Below, in pieces: positions 41,696-51,806 of a stretch of DNA of 64,000 nucleotides. Both the position numbers and the translations under genes were made by a program. This DNA is from a virus, in IMG/VR virus record IMGVR_UViG_3300020034_000010, positions 7,264 to 71,263 of that record. One strand, 5' to 3'. Each line of letters begins with the position of its first letter. The stretch's first letter is position 1. A model generated the notes under the pieces. It was not told the origin of the DNA, searched no databases, and saw nothing but the letters and a program-made list of their open reading frames with translations.

Positions 41696-42713
41696 TGCTG
41701 ACCCCCGAGGGGCAGAAACAGCTCGCGCGCCTAATCGCCGAATGGGTCCGGGGCGGAGCGATCGTCGTGGGCAATGGAACTGAGTCCGCCGAGGCACCGA
41801 TCGAGAGCATCGAGGTCGTCCAGGTCGAGGGTGATGGCGTCAGCTATGGCGTTCAGGTCGAAGCGACCTTCGGCGCGACCGCCGCCAACTTCGAGTGGGC
41901 GCGTAACGGGGTCAAGCTCGCCGACGGCACCGAAATCGATGCCGACCAGAAGGACGGAGGCCGCAAGGTCGCCGGCGCCGCTTGGAAGTTGGCGGTTCTG
42001 GTCAAGGTGGCCTAGTGGCTGTCGAAGTCAACATCGACTCGGTTGAAACTGAGGACTCGGTTCCCGCGTCGGCCCCATTCAGAATCAGTGACAAGCCTGG
42101 GAAATCGAAACTGACCTACAGCTTCACGGTGACGGCCGATGGTGTGATCAGGGCTTGGCGCAGCCGCTTCCAGCCGACCGATCGCAACCACGGCAGACTC
42201 CTCGCCAGCCGAGGGATGGTGTGTGGATCGGGGGATCGCTGCGGGTCTCCGGTCGCTCGATCCTTGGTGGCAACTTCTCCTCTCCCAAATAGCGAGGAAA
42301 TCAACGAGGCCGATATCCATGGCTTCTCGGACGGGGATTACCCTGTCGAGGTCTTTGCAATGGAAGAAGGCGCCTGGAACTAAATGCCGTGGGAAGAAGA
42401 GACATGGATTGATGACGATGGAACCCTGACGGTCGGTACGCCTTTTGATGCCGACCGGATGAACAACATCGAAGTCGGCATTCGTGAAGCTCTGGAAGGA
42501 ACCGGCGGCGGCGGCTCCGATGTGAACCTAGTGTTCACCCAGGGAGTTGCCGCAGAAGTATGGGTCATCAAACACGAACTAGGCAAGATTCCATCTGTGA
42601 TCACCTTCGACAGCGAAGATAATGAGATAGAGGGTCAAGTAGTGCCTCTGTCCAATGACGAAATCGAAATCCGCTTCAACGCTGAGGTTTCGGGGAAGGC
42701 AGTACTGAACTAA
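41695..42713 (+). CDS. Three small virion-associated proteins (41695-42015, 42015-42383, 42384-42713)
   Basis: Beta-rich; the third has DADRMNNIE.GI and a WVIKHELG..PSV domain typical of fibre proteins. Confidence 0.6.
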
Positions 42714-43915
42714 TGGCCGTTAAAGACATCCTCACTCATTTCGATTTCAAGAAGTCCAACGAGCTTCGCAACGCGCTGGTCCACAAGCTCGCCGCCGCAC
42801 CGTCGGAACCTGTCGAGGGACAGATTTATTACGACACCGTTCTTCACAAGTTCTTCTACTACAACGGCACCGAATTCGTAGCGAGCGATCTCTCCGCCCT
42901 CGAAGCCGGTGACGCGCTCACCAAGACCGGCAACAAACTCGATGTCGCCCCTGGAACCAACCTGGAGATCAGCTCCGACACGATCCGCATTGCCGCGACC
43001 GCGGCCGGCTCCGGGCTCGGAGGGGGCGCGGCCGAAGCCCTGAAAGTCAACGTCGGCACCGGCATCGAGATCAGCTCTGATGCAGTTCGTATCGCGGCGA
43101 CAGCGGCGGGCGCCGGCATCGGGGGAGGCGGCGGCTCAGCACTGTCGATCGCTGCCGGGACCGGGATCACGATCGAAACCGACGGGGTGGCTGTTGACAC
43201 CACGGTCATTGCGACCAGGGAATTCGCAGAAGCCCTGATCAACGGGACCGACAACAAGGCGTCGGTGCGCGCGGCGACCACGGCCAATATCACGATCGCT
43301 ACTGCCCTGAACAATGCTGACGTGCTGGACGGGGTGACCCTGGCCACCGGCGATCGGGTCCTGGTCAAGAACCAGACCACCAAAAAAGAAAACGGGATCT
43401 ACATCGTCGGTGCTTCCCCAGCCCGGGCCACTGACGCCGATATCAGCGCTGAGGTTACGTCTGGTCTCTACGTCTTCGTTTCGGAGGGGACGGTCAACGC
43501 GAGCAGCGGCTGGCAGCTCTTTACCAAAGACCCGATCACCCTTGGCACTACCGAACTCGTCTTCGAACAGGTCTCGGGAGCAGGGCAGATCACCGCTGGA
43601 GCTGGGCTCACGAAGACGGGGAACGTCCTCGATGTTGGTGAAGGCGCGGGCATCAAAGTCGAAGCCGACAAAATCGTGCTGGACACCGCGGTCGCTGTCA
43701 GGAAGTTCGCAGGGCTGATCGGCACCGGTGCCGCAACCGAAATCGAAGTCGAACACAAACTCGGGACCGAAGACGTGACGGTTCAGGTCTGGCAGGCCGG
43801 CGGCGAAAAGCTCCAAGTGGACTGTGGCGTACAGAAAATCTCCACCGAAAAAATCAAACTGCTGTTCAACGTTGCCCCGACCTCAAACCAGTACCGGGTC
43901 GTCGTTCACGGCTAA
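42713..43915 (+). CDS. Fibre/decoration protein
   Basis: AG.G[IL] beta repeats; VRAATT...DGVTL..GDRVLVKNQT...NGIY. Confidence 0.75.
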   Translation: MAVKDILTHFDFKKSNELRNALVHKLAAAPSEPVEGQIYYDTVLHKFFYYNGTEFVASDLSALEAGDALTKTGNKLDVAPGTNLEISSDTIRIAATAAGSGLGGGAAEALKVNVGTGIEISSDAVRIAATAAGAGIGGGGGSALSIAAGTGITIETDGVAVDTTVIATREFAEALINGTDNKASVRAATTANITIATALNNADVLDGVTLATGDRVLVKNQTTKKENGIYIVGASPARATDADISAEVTSGLYVFVSEGTVNASSGWQLFTKDPITLGTTELVFEQVSGAGQITAGAGLTKTGNVLDVGEGAGIKVEADKIVLDTAVAVRKFAGLIGTGAATEIEVEHKLGTEDVTVQVWQAGGEKLQVDCGVQKISTEKIKLLFNVAPTSNQYRVVVHG

Positions 43916-45207
43916 TGGAGCAACTCGGTAAGTTCATATCGCCTCACTCGGAAGGCAAACCGAGCAGCCCGGTCGAAGGCCAGCAGCACTTCGACGTTCT
44001 TAGGAACGAACTCTACTTATGGGATGGAACCGAATGGGTCGCGCTTGGCGATAAGAATGCTGTGCTCGACTCGTCTGCCTTTTCGACGGAAAGCAAAAGC
44101 AGCTTCGGATGGACCCACACGTTCAACGATTACGTTACGGGGCTACTAGTTCTGATCGTCCAGACGGGCTCCACTTCTAACTTAATTAGTTCGGTCAAAT
44201 ACAGCGGGGTCGAACTATCGCTGATCGGCGAAGTCAAAGACACGACTGAGGGCGGCGCTGTGTGGGCGTATTGGACCTCGACGCTCACGGGGGGGTTCAC
44301 TGGGAGCGGCAATAAAGTCTCCGTAGTCGTCGCGGACGCAACCGCGAAGATTGGTGCCTCCTATGGGTTTAGCGGCGCAGAGGATCTAGTCGCCCAGATC
44401 CAGACTGCTACAAGCGCGAGTAGTAAAGAAATCGAATTCGAAACTCCGGCCAGGACGGGAATCGAAGTGGCTATGGTTGGGGCTGCCCATACTGGACTGG
44501 AAACTCCCACCGTCACCCCTAACGAACGAACTACCACTGACAAAACACAGGACTTCGGAACGGCAGGTGCGATCTTCGGGCACCTGACGCATTCCAGGCG
44601 GTGGACTGGCGGTGTCGGTGTTGGGTGGACCGCTTCAATCGCCGATGACTTCGGGCTCATGAACGTCGTGGTGCGCCGTCGTCTGATCTCCGGGCCGGGC
44701 ACGGCCTTCCCCTCGACCCCTGCGATCGGCGACAGTTTCACCTTCATCGCGAGTTCCTCCAAGAATGTCTACTGGCAGTTCGTCTACGACGGGCTCGGCA
44801 CAAATCCCTGGAAGAAGGTCGGTGGGCCACCGCTCAAATCCTGCGACGTTGGCGGGGAACGCTCGTCGGGGACCGCCGGCTCCATCCTCACCACCGGGTC
44901 GCCGGTCATCGAAGTCCCGGTGTCGGGTGAATACACCGGGCGCTATGGGTGCTCGTGGACGCAGCTCGCGACCGCGGGGGCGACCCAGGCCGACTCTCGC
45001 CTCTTCATCAACGCCTCCCAGAAAGAGATTTACTCGCTCGTCGGCACTCAACAGTTCGAGGGTGACCCGATGGACCACGGTTGGAACCAGCCCTACGCGA
45101 TCACCAAAGGCCAGGCGGTGCAGACCCGCTACTCCTCCAACAACGCGCGGGCCTACACCTTCCACGATCTCTTTATCGAGGTCGATCCGATCTGCGTTGC
45201 AGGGTAA
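43915..45207 (+). CDS. Fibre/receptor-binding-like protein
   Basis: PVEGQ..FD....LY.WDGTEW N-terminus shared with the upstream gene; beta-rich. Confidence 0.6.
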   Translation: MEQLGKFISPHSEGKPSSPVEGQQHFDVLRNELYLWDGTEWVALGDKNAVLDSSAFSTESKSSFGWTHTFNDYVTGLLVLIVQTGSTSNLISSVKYSGVELSLIGEVKDTTEGGAVWAYWTSTLTGGFTGSGNKVSVVVADATAKIGASYGFSGAEDLVAQIQTATSASSKEIEFETPARTGIEVAMVGAAHTGLETPTVTPNERTTTDKTQDFGTAGAIFGHLTHSRRWTGGVGVGWTASIADDFGLMNVVVRRRLISGPGTAFPSTPAIGDSFTFIASSSKNVYWQFVYDGLGTNPWKKVGGPPLKSCDVGGERSSGTAGSILTTGSPVIEVPVSGEYTGRYGCSWTQLATAGATQADSRLFINASQKEIYSLVGTQQFEGDPMDHGWNQPYAITKGQAVQTRYSSNNARAYTFHDLFIEVDPICVAG

Positions 45208-45890
45208 TGCCCTCCGGCTTCGTAGTCACCCTCGACCGGACGGCGCCACCATTCGCCGTCGAGATCATCTCCGTCGGCCCTGACCCGACCCTGATCACGC
45301 TGAAGCTGGTCTCCGACGCCGAAGCCTTCGAGTTCCGGCTCTGGGGCGCGATCGACACCGGCGACCCGGCCAACGCCGGCTATGGCATCGACGAATCGGC
45401 CGAATGGCTGCCCTTCGACGAAGAAATCCAGGTCCGCATCCCAGACCCGGACTCGGCCGAAACCCGGCTCAGCCTCCAGGTGCGCGACGACGTATGGAAC
45501 GCCTCGCCCATCGAAGTCGTCGTCTTCGGGGAACCGGAAGCCCCGACACCGCAACCGACTCCAGCCCGGCCGGGTGGAGCTGGCCACGTCGAGCCCCCTC
45601 GCCGGACGCCGGCGCCGCGGGGCAGGAAGCTCTCACGGGAAGAGACGATCGTCGTGTCGAGTACAGCCACGGTCGAAGTCGTCGTCGAGCGGGAGACGGA
45701 GATCAGTTTGGCGTTGTCGGCTGCCATCGAAGCTCGCGGGACCTCTTCTTCACTGCTGCGGTTGTCCTCTGTGTCTCGAAGCGCAGCCGAGATCAGCATC
45801 GTTTCCGATTTGGAAACAGTCAGCCTTTACGACACCACCCGTGGGCTTGACCCCGTGGAGGAAGAAGCTCTCGTAGCCGTCCTGCTGTGA
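45207..45890 (+). CDS. Hypothetical virion-associated protein
   Basis: TAATG coupling; TLDRTAP Ig-like start. Confidence 0.5.
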   Translation: MPSGFVVTLDRTAPPFAVEIISVGPDPTLITLKLVSDAEAFEFRLWGAIDTGDPANAGYGIDESAEWLPFDEEIQVRIPDPDSAETRLSLQVRDDVWNASPIEVVVFGEPEAPTPQPTPARPGGAGHVEPPRRTPAPRGRKLSREETIVVSSTATVEVVVERETEISLALSAAIEARGTSSSLLRLSSVSRSAAEISIVSDLETVSLYDTTRGLDPVEEEALVAVLL

Positions 45891-45908
45891 GATCGCGTCT
45901 TCCCTGAC

Positions 45909-45918
45909 TCGTAGATTA
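45909..45918 (+). promoter_or_regulatory. Late promoter motif TCGTAGATTA
   Basis: Directly before the AAGGAG RBS of the protease gene. Confidence 0.65.
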
Positions 45919-45930
45919 AGGAGCAGCGAA

Positions 45931-47289
45931 ATGCCTGAGATGACCAAGAAGACCGTCTTCGAGCGCGGGGACAAGGTGTACATCGTTTCCCCGGTGGCTC
46001 CGTTCACTCCCGACGCCGCCGGCATCGAGGAGTTCGCCTTCGCCAAGGAGCTGATGGCCCAGGCGCCGAACCAGGCGATCAAGTGGCTGAAAGGCGAGTA
46101 CGTCGAGGCCGACAAGCCCAACAAAAACGGGCAGATATGGACCGAAGGCGAGGTCGCGATCAAGTCGATCACCGCCCAGTTCATGCCGGTGACAGTCATG
46201 CACGATCGCCGTACCGCGGTCGGGCTCATCGCCGACACCCGCCTTCTGGTCCCTGACAAGGATGGCGTCCCGCGGGCGAAGGTGGACAACACCCTCGCGA
46301 TCTGGGAGCACCGCTTCCCGGAGATCGCAGAGGAGATCGACCACAACTACCAGGCCGGCACTCTCATGCAGTCGATGGAGTGCCACAGCCCCTCGTACTC
46401 ATGTGCAGAGTGCGGTCAAATGTTCCACAAGCTGCCGGATGCGGCCGAGCGTAAGAACTGGTGTCACCACCTGCAAGAGGGAGCAGGTCATGGCGCTCGT
46501 ATATTAAACGGTGTCGTCTTCACGGGAACCGGATTGATATTCGGAACTCGGGGCACAGAGGGGGCCAATCCCAACGGCCATCTCGATGTCTTTCAGGATG
46601 AGGTAGCCGAGTTTCACGAGCAGGCCCACAAGAACGCGGGCCGTACACCTAAGAAGAGCCGACAAAAAACACGAAGGAGAAAGACTTCAATGGGCGAGAT
46701 CGACATCAGTGGTGAGGAGTACGCGGAGCTGAAGGGCCGTCCGAGTAAGGACGAGCTGGCTGCCGCGGAGAAACGCGCCACTGAGGCCGAGTCCACGGTC
46801 AACGACCTGAAGCCCAAGGTCGAGGCCGCTGAGACCGCCCAGAAAAAGGCGGAGGACGAGAAAGCCGAGTCCGACAAAAAGCTGAAAGAGCTGGAGGAGG
46901 AGAAGGCCCAGGTGACCCTCCGCGACGAGCGCTTCGGCAAGCTCGGCACCGGCTTCGTCGCCAAGCTCGGCGACACGACCAAGGAGAACCTGCGCAACGA
47001 CGCCGGCAAGATGGAGGACGCCGACTGGGACAAGCGCCTCTCCGAAGTCGAGGAGATGGCGGGCGTCAAGCGCGATGTCAAGCTGGACGCCAAAAAAGGC
47101 GGCAAGAAACCGGCCGAGAAGGACGAGTCGGCCGGGGCGACCGAGGAGGAGGCCGAGTTCACCATCGAGGAGCTGGCCGCGTCTTCGGCAGGCGGAGGCG
47201 ACGAGGAGAACGCCGCGCCGACCGTCAACCAGCGCCAAAGCGTTGCAAGGGGCCTTCTGGGCTCGAAAAAAACGGAGAAGTCCGAGTAG
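45931..47289 (+). CDS. Prohead protease-scaffold fusion
   Basis: NKNG...MHD...QSMEC...CAECG protease-like region followed by a charged coiled coil; upstream of the capsid genes. Confidence 0.7.
   Translation: MPEMTKKTVFERGDKVYIVSPVAPFTPDAAGIEEFAFAKELMAQAPNQAIKWLKGEYVEADKPNKNGQIWTEGEVAIKSITAQFMPVTVMHDRRTAVGLIADTRLLVPDKDGVPRAKVDNTLAIWEHRFPEIAEEIDHNYQAGTLMQSMECHSPSYSCAECGQMFHKLPDAAERKNWCHHLQEGAGHGARILNGVVFTGTGLIFGTRGTEGANPNGHLDVFQDEVAEFHEQAHKNAGRTPKKSRQKTRRRKTSMGEIDISGEEYAELKGRPSKDELAAAEKRATEAESTVNDLKPKVEAAETAQKKAEDEKAESDKKLKELEEEKAQVTLRDERFGKLGTGFVAKLGDTTKENLRNDAGKMEDADWDKRLSEVEEMAGVKRDVKLDAKKGGKKPAEKDESAGATEEEAEFTIEELAASSAGGGDEENAAPTVNQRQSVARGLLGSKKTEKSE
46690..47289 (+). CDS. Nested scaffold protein (in-frame internal start)
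   Basis: AAGGAG at 46674-46679, in-frame ATG at 46690, TCGTATATTA at 46497-46506. Confidence 0.6.
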   Translation: MGEIDISGEEYAELKGRPSKDELAAAEKRATEAESTVNDLKPKVEAAETAQKKAEDEKAESDKKLKELEEEKAQVTLRDERFGKLGTGFVAKLGDTTKENLRNDAGKMEDADWDKRLSEVEEMAGVKRDVKLDAKKGGKKPAEKDESAGATEEEAEFTIEELAASSAGGGDEENAAPTVNQRQSVARGLLGSKKTEKSE

Positions 47290-47325
47290 AGCCGGCTTCC
47301 GCTCAACCAAGGAGAACCCACTGCA

Positions 47326-47904
47326 ATGAACGCCTTCTTCGACGAAACCGACGGCTCGCACGTCCTCTCGGGGGTTAAAAACCTCCCGAACGCCCAGGTC
47401 GTGCATCCCGGTGAGCGCTGGACCGACCGCAAAGCGTCGGGCGCGATCACTCCGGGGGAACCCGTCGTGCCACTCGCCTCCGGCACTTCGCCGACCGGCA
47501 CTCTGGTCATGCGTCCCGTCAAAAACGGTGACCTGACCCAGCAGCTCGCGCTCGCGACTCGGGTGATCGACATCCCCGATCCGAACACGGGTCCGACCTC
47601 GCTCGGCCCCAACGAAGTGCGCAACCAGGACATTCCGCACATGGAATGGCTGATGGCTCACTACAGCGGGGTCTTCGTCCTGACTCTGGTCACGCCGGAC
47701 ACCTACGCCCCCGGCGAACTGATCGGGTGGGACCTGAACGGCGCCCGGCCTGCCGGCAAGGCGACCACGCACGAAGGGGCCTGGTCCAAGAACGCCAACG
47801 CGGACATCAAAGCCGTGTTCGAAGTTCAGGACTGGGAGGAGATCAACTCCTCAACCCACGAGGGCATCCTCACCGTCAAGTTCGTCGGCCGGAGCCAGTT
47901 CTAA
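47326..47904 (+). CDS. Capsid decoration/cement protein (putative)
   Basis: Lies between scaffold and major capsid; AAGGAG RBS; beta-rich. Confidence 0.55.
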   Translation: MNAFFDETDGSHVLSGVKNLPNAQVVHPGERWTDRKASGAITPGEPVVPLASGTSPTGTLVMRPVKNGDLTQQLALATRVIDIPDPNTGPTSLGPNEVRNQDIPHMEWLMAHYSGVFVLTLVTPDTYAPGELIGWDLNGARPAGKATTHEGAWSKNANADIKAVFEVQDWEEINSSTHEGILTVKFVGRSQF

Positions 47905-47934
47905 ACCCACTACGGAATCGGGAGCAGCCACACC

Positions 47935-48870
47935 ATGGATAACGGAATTTTCAAAGTTCTGGCCCGAATCCAGGGCGAGGAGGACGCGGCGGCAAAAGCG
48001 GACCTGATGGAGCAGAGCAATCAGCTTCTGGGCGAGCACTTCAAACGCAACCCGTTCGACCTTCAGGAGCTGGCCTACGACATCGTGGGGCTCCTCTGGC
48101 AGGACGTGATGAAAGAAGACATCACGTCGAAAATCATCGAGGTCAAGAACATCGGCCTCGGCGAGATCGATTACGTCGAAGAGGACCTCCGCGGGGGCCG
48201 TGCCTACTGGCAGGGCAAAGGCGGTCAGATCCTCAGCTCGATCATCCGCCAGGAGCGCAGCTTCATGCCCCGCGAGGAGATGGTTGCGGCGATCGACCTC
48301 CACCAGGACGAGATCACCACCAACTTCTGGGGCACGTTCGAGAAGCTCCGGGCTCAGTACGAAGAGAAGCTGCGTCAGCTCCCGCCGACCCAGCTCGTCG
48401 AGCTGATCAAAGCCGCCATCACCGGCGGGTCCTTCTTCGGCGAATTCGCCGTCTCGTCGCTGACCGCGGCGCAGATCGATTCCGTCGTCGATCCGGTGGC
48501 CGCTCGCTCCAAGGGGGGTGTCACGATCATCGGTACGGAAATCGCGACCCGCCTCCTGGCGCCGATCGGACTCCAGTTCGGCCCGAACCTCCAGGAACAG
48601 ATTTTCAACACCGGTCAGATCGGGGTCTACAAAGGCCGCGCGGTCGTCCAGGTCGAGAACTTCGAAGACTTCAACGGGCGGTTCGTGCTCCCGAACGACG
48701 AGTTGTGGATCGTCGGGAACAACGCCGGCCGTCTGACCTACTACGGAGATCAGAAGACCCAGATCCTCCCGCGCGAGGCTTTCTACCAGCGCTGGGAATC
48801 GGCCCGGGACGCCGGCATGCTCCTCTACGGAGCGGCCAAAGGCCGGATCGGTCGGATCAGCTTCAAATAG
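47935..48870 (+). CDS. Major capsid protein
   Basis: 311 aa; position; G.IG.YKG..VV A-domain-like motif; strongly biased codons; followed by a hairpin. Confidence 0.75.
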   Translation: MDNGIFKVLARIQGEEDAAAKADLMEQSNQLLGEHFKRNPFDLQELAYDIVGLLWQDVMKEDITSKIIEVKNIGLGEIDYVEEDLRGGRAYWQGKGGQILSSIIRQERSFMPREEMVAAIDLHQDEITTNFWGTFEKLRAQYEEKLRQLPPTQLVELIKAAITGGSFFGEFAVSSLTAAQIDSVVDPVAARSKGGVTIIGTEIATRLLAPIGLQFGPNLQEQIFNTGQIGVYKGRAVVQVENFEDFNGRFVLPNDELWIVGNNAGRLTYYGDQKTQILPREAFYQRWESARDAGMLLYGAAKGRIGRISFK

Positions 48871-48878
48871 GGCTAGGC

Positions 48879-48904
48879 GCGCCAGGGCATATCGGCCCTG
48901 GCGC
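48879..48904 (+). terminator. Hairpin terminator after the capsid gene
   Basis: GCGCCAGGGC-ATATCG-GCCCTGGCGC. Confidence 0.6.
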
Positions 48905-48936
48905 CTCGGTGTAAGCACGAGCGAAGGAGATGCGCG

Positions 48937-49530
48937 ATGGGTGAGTCAGGTCAGAAGAGCAAGTTCCAGAACACGTCGCCGGGTGTCGCCGGCGCCGTCA
49001 TCCTCGACCACGAAGGCAAAGCGAAGGGCATCCCCGTCGCGCCTCGGGCCGAGATATGGCTGTCGCTCAAGGAGCAGGGTCTCACCGCCATGGCTCCCCG
49101 CCACGAGCACGACAACCCCTTCACGGACGGGACCTTCACGCTGATCGCCAAGGGCGAGGATCTTCAGCATCAGCGTCCGATCGGCGACGATCAGGTGCCC
49201 CAGCAGCCTCAGTCCGACCCGGAGCCCGGTGACGACCGCGACCCGGAGAACATCGACATCCGGGAGGAGACCCTGGAGCCCGCCGCGGATCAGCCGCCGG
49301 CGCCGCCCGAGCCCGCCCCGGAGCCGGAGCCCGAGAAGGCTCCCGAGGTCCCGGTGCCGCCGACGGCGACCGAACCCGTTCCCGCTGAGAAGCCGGTCGG
49401 TGTCAACCCGGTCGAGGCCGAGGACGGGACCGTGCAGCCGACTCCTCCGCCGGCGCCACCGGTGGTCGATGGTGGCTCGACGGGGCCGGCGCCCCAACCG
49501 GCGCCGAAAGCTCCTCCGAAACGGCCGTAA
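48937..49530 (+). CDS. Pro-rich hypothetical protein
   Basis: AAGGAG RBS; low-complexity C-terminus. Confidence 0.7.
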   Translation: MGESGQKSKFQNTSPGVAGAVILDHEGKAKGIPVAPRAEIWLSLKEQGLTAMAPRHEHDNPFTDGTFTLIAKGEDLQHQRPIGDDQVPQQPQSDPEPGDDRDPENIDIREETLEPAADQPPAPPEPAPEPEPEKAPEVPVPPTATEPVPAEKPVGVNPVEAEDGTVQPTPPPAPPVVDGGSTGPAPQPAPKAPPKRP

Positions 49531-49545
49531 CCCCGATCGGGGCCT

Positions 49546-50097
49546 ATGGAACCGGTCACCGATCTCCTTCAGCAGCATCTGGAGACGCGCTTCTGGCCCT
49601 TCGTTGAGCCGGAAGATGTCGAGGATACCTGCTGGCTGTGGACGGGGCGGCTGACCAGCAAGGGCTACTCGGCCGTTCGTCTGTTCGGCGGCGCGGTGCT
49701 CGGCCATATCGTCTCCTATGAGATCCTCAACGGGCCGGTGCCCGACGGGCTCGTGCTCGATCATCTCTGCCGGCAGCGAGCCTGCGTAAATCCTCTCCAC
49801 CTGGAGGCAGTCACTGCGGAGGAGAACACCCGCCGCGGCCACGAAGCGAAGACGGCGTGCGCTCACGGTCACGCTTTCGACTTCCGGCGGGGAGATGGCG
49901 CCCGCGGGTGCCGCGCCTGCGCCCGGGATCGGTGCAAGGCGTATCGAGCCCGGCACCACGTTCCCCTACTTGCCCGTCCCTGCCTGGAGTGCGGTGACAG
50001 CTTCACCCCGCGGTCCCGGCCGGACGCCTTCCTGTGCTCAGGCAAGTGTCGTCAGCGCCGCCGGCGCCGCCGGTTGAGAGAGGAGACTCTCGCCTGA
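49546..50097 (+). mobile_element. Free-standing HNH homing endonuclease
   Basis: CWLWTG..GY..H..SYE...DHLCRQRACVNPLHLEAVT..EN plus C-terminal zinc fingers. Confidence 0.85.
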
Positions 50098-50690
50098 TGG
50101 AACCGGTTACTGACCTTCGGGACACCCGTGTGCTCATCCCGCGTCTGCGGCGCGCCCTGGACGGCCCAACGGCCATGTCCTCGGGCGCGCTGTCTTCGAC
50201 GCTCTTAGATGAACAGCTCAACGCGATCGGCGCCGATGCGATCGGCACGGTCATCTTCTACTCGGGGAGCCTCTTCGGGGCCAAACTCGAAGTCTCCGCG
50301 CGCGACGACACCTATATGTCGCCGACGGCCTGGCTGACCGATCCTGCGCTCACTGAGTCGCAGGTGACGGTCGTCGTCTCCCAGGCTGCCCTCGACTACT
50401 TCTTCAACCGCCTGACGACCTCTGAGAGCGGCAAAACCGCAGAGACGATCAAGGACGAGGCGACCGAATGGTCATGGGAGGTCAGCGCGCAGACGGTGGT
50501 CGAGCGGCTTCGGCAGCTCCGGGCCGACCGGGACCGCGCGCTCGAACAGCTCCAGGAAGACGACTCCGAAACCGATGCCTCGTGGGTCTCCTTCATCCAG
50601 ACCCGGGATGCCGTGACCTCGCGCCTGATCGAGCCCTGGCTCACTCCCGGCGGCGCTGGCGGGTTGAACCCGGCAGAATGGGCGGTATGA
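50097..50690 (+). CDS. Head-tail adaptor (putative)
   Basis: AGGAG RBS, TGATG coupling, position. Confidence 0.55.
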   Translation: MEPVTDLRDTRVLIPRLRRALDGPTAMSSGALSSTLLDEQLNAIGADAIGTVIFYSGSLFGAKLEVSARDDTYMSPTAWLTDPALTESQVTVVVSQAALDYFFNRLTTSESGKTAETIKDEATEWSWEVSAQTVVERLRQLRADRDRALEQLQEDDSETDASWVSFIQTRDAVTSRLIEPWLTPGGAGGLNPAEWAV

Positions 50691-51121
50691 CCGAAGATGC
50701 GACGATCACCGGTTACGCCGACGCCCAGGCCCGCCTCAGGGCCAAGACGGGGCGCGAGCTGTGCTTCTACACGCCGATCGCCGAAACCTGGCCACCGGGC
50801 ACTCCGCTAGACGTTCACGGCAAGCCGATCGATCCATCGGTCGAGCCCGAACAGTCGGGCTTCGAAGGCGCACCGATCCTCTGCAACGTCGCTTCCCGGC
50901 CGGTCCGCGGTGCTCTCAGTGCCGGCGCCACGGATTCACCGGTGGGCCTGATCGGTTCCAGCTCACTCGTGCTGATCACGGACCCGGAGTTGTATGCGAC
51001 GGTTGAAGATGCGACAGAGTGTGTCGTCTTCGGTCACAGGTACAAAATCGAGGACGCGAAACCTGATCAAATCGGCGGCGATAAAGTGCAGCGCATGTTG
51101 ATATTCGTGGAGAAGAAGTAG
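50687..51121 (+). CDS. Head closure/stopper protein (putative)
   Basis: Position; G..YKI beta pattern. Confidence 0.5.
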   Translation: MTEDATITGYADAQARLRAKTGRELCFYTPIAETWPPGTPLDVHGKPIDPSVEPEQSGFEGAPILCNVASRPVRGALSAGATDSPVGLIGSSSLVLITDPELYATVEDATECVVFGHRYKIEDAKPDQIGGDKVQRMLIFVEKK

Positions 51122-51616
51122 ATGGCTGTCACGCGCGAGGACTATGTAACACAGTCCGTAGACATCTACCTGCGACGGATCATGGAAGAAAAGGGGTACG
51201 GGGAAGACGTGATCGAACTCCTCGACTCCTTCCCGCACACTCGCTTCGATAGCGAGGAGCTGACCAAGACGTACATCGCCGAGGGCTTCGGCTTCGACGA
51301 TGGTGGCAAGCAGGCGGAGCTGGGCTCGAACCTCAAGGAACGGCTCTACACCATCGAGTTCTTCGTCATCGGTCGCACTCCCACATGGGCGGAGAATGTC
51401 GCCAGCGCTGTGAAATTCTCACTGGAGAACGATCAGACTGTCCCGCTGGTGGACATTCTCCAGCCCGACAAGCCGGTGATCGACGCTCTCGTACTTGCTT
51501 CAGTTTCCTCTGAGCACCAACCGATCTCCCAGCCCAAACCGTGGCAGGAGAACATCTGGACGGTGCATGCCCGGGTCGAAGACTGTTACGACCCACGCGC
51601 CGTCGGCGTGACCTGA
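51122..51616 (+). CDS. Tail terminator-like protein (putative)
   Basis: Position and size. Confidence 0.5.
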   Translation: MAVTREDYVTQSVDIYLRRIMEEKGYGEDVIELLDSFPHTRFDSEELTKTYIAEGFGFDDGGKQAELGSNLKERLYTIEFFVIGRTPTWAENVASAVKFSLENDQTVPLVDILQPDKPVIDALVLASVSSEHQPISQPKPWQENIWTVHARVEDCYDPRAVGVT

Positions 51617-51649
51617 GAAGTAAACGCGACCCGCGGCTTACCGGTGATC

Positions 51650-51806
51650 AAAGGGGGTGGCGCCGCTGTCCCCCTAGCCGTGCGTTGGTCGCCGGCGCAT
51701 CCTACAGGGGATTCACCCGGCGCCGCTTGAGGACCAGTCAAGAGGGCGGCGCCGGGCTCAGCCTGACGACAGCTCATGAGGGCTGCCCGACACGAATTCC
51801 CCGCGG
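51650..51806 (-). ncRNA. Candidate structured RNA 2
   Basis: 11-bp perfect stem and multibranch pairing; G-U pairs favour the minus strand; TATTCT -10 at 51809-51814. Confidence 0.4.

Noticed and set aside
39452-41797. Long antisense ORFs (781 aa here; also 53218-54654, 36309-37730, 46614-47772)
   Set aside because: Shadow frames of GC3-biased genes on the opposite strand, with no motifs.
49546-50097. Group I intron or intein around the HNH gene
   Set aside because: No flanking space for an intron core and no intein termini; the downstream gene has its own RBS and start.
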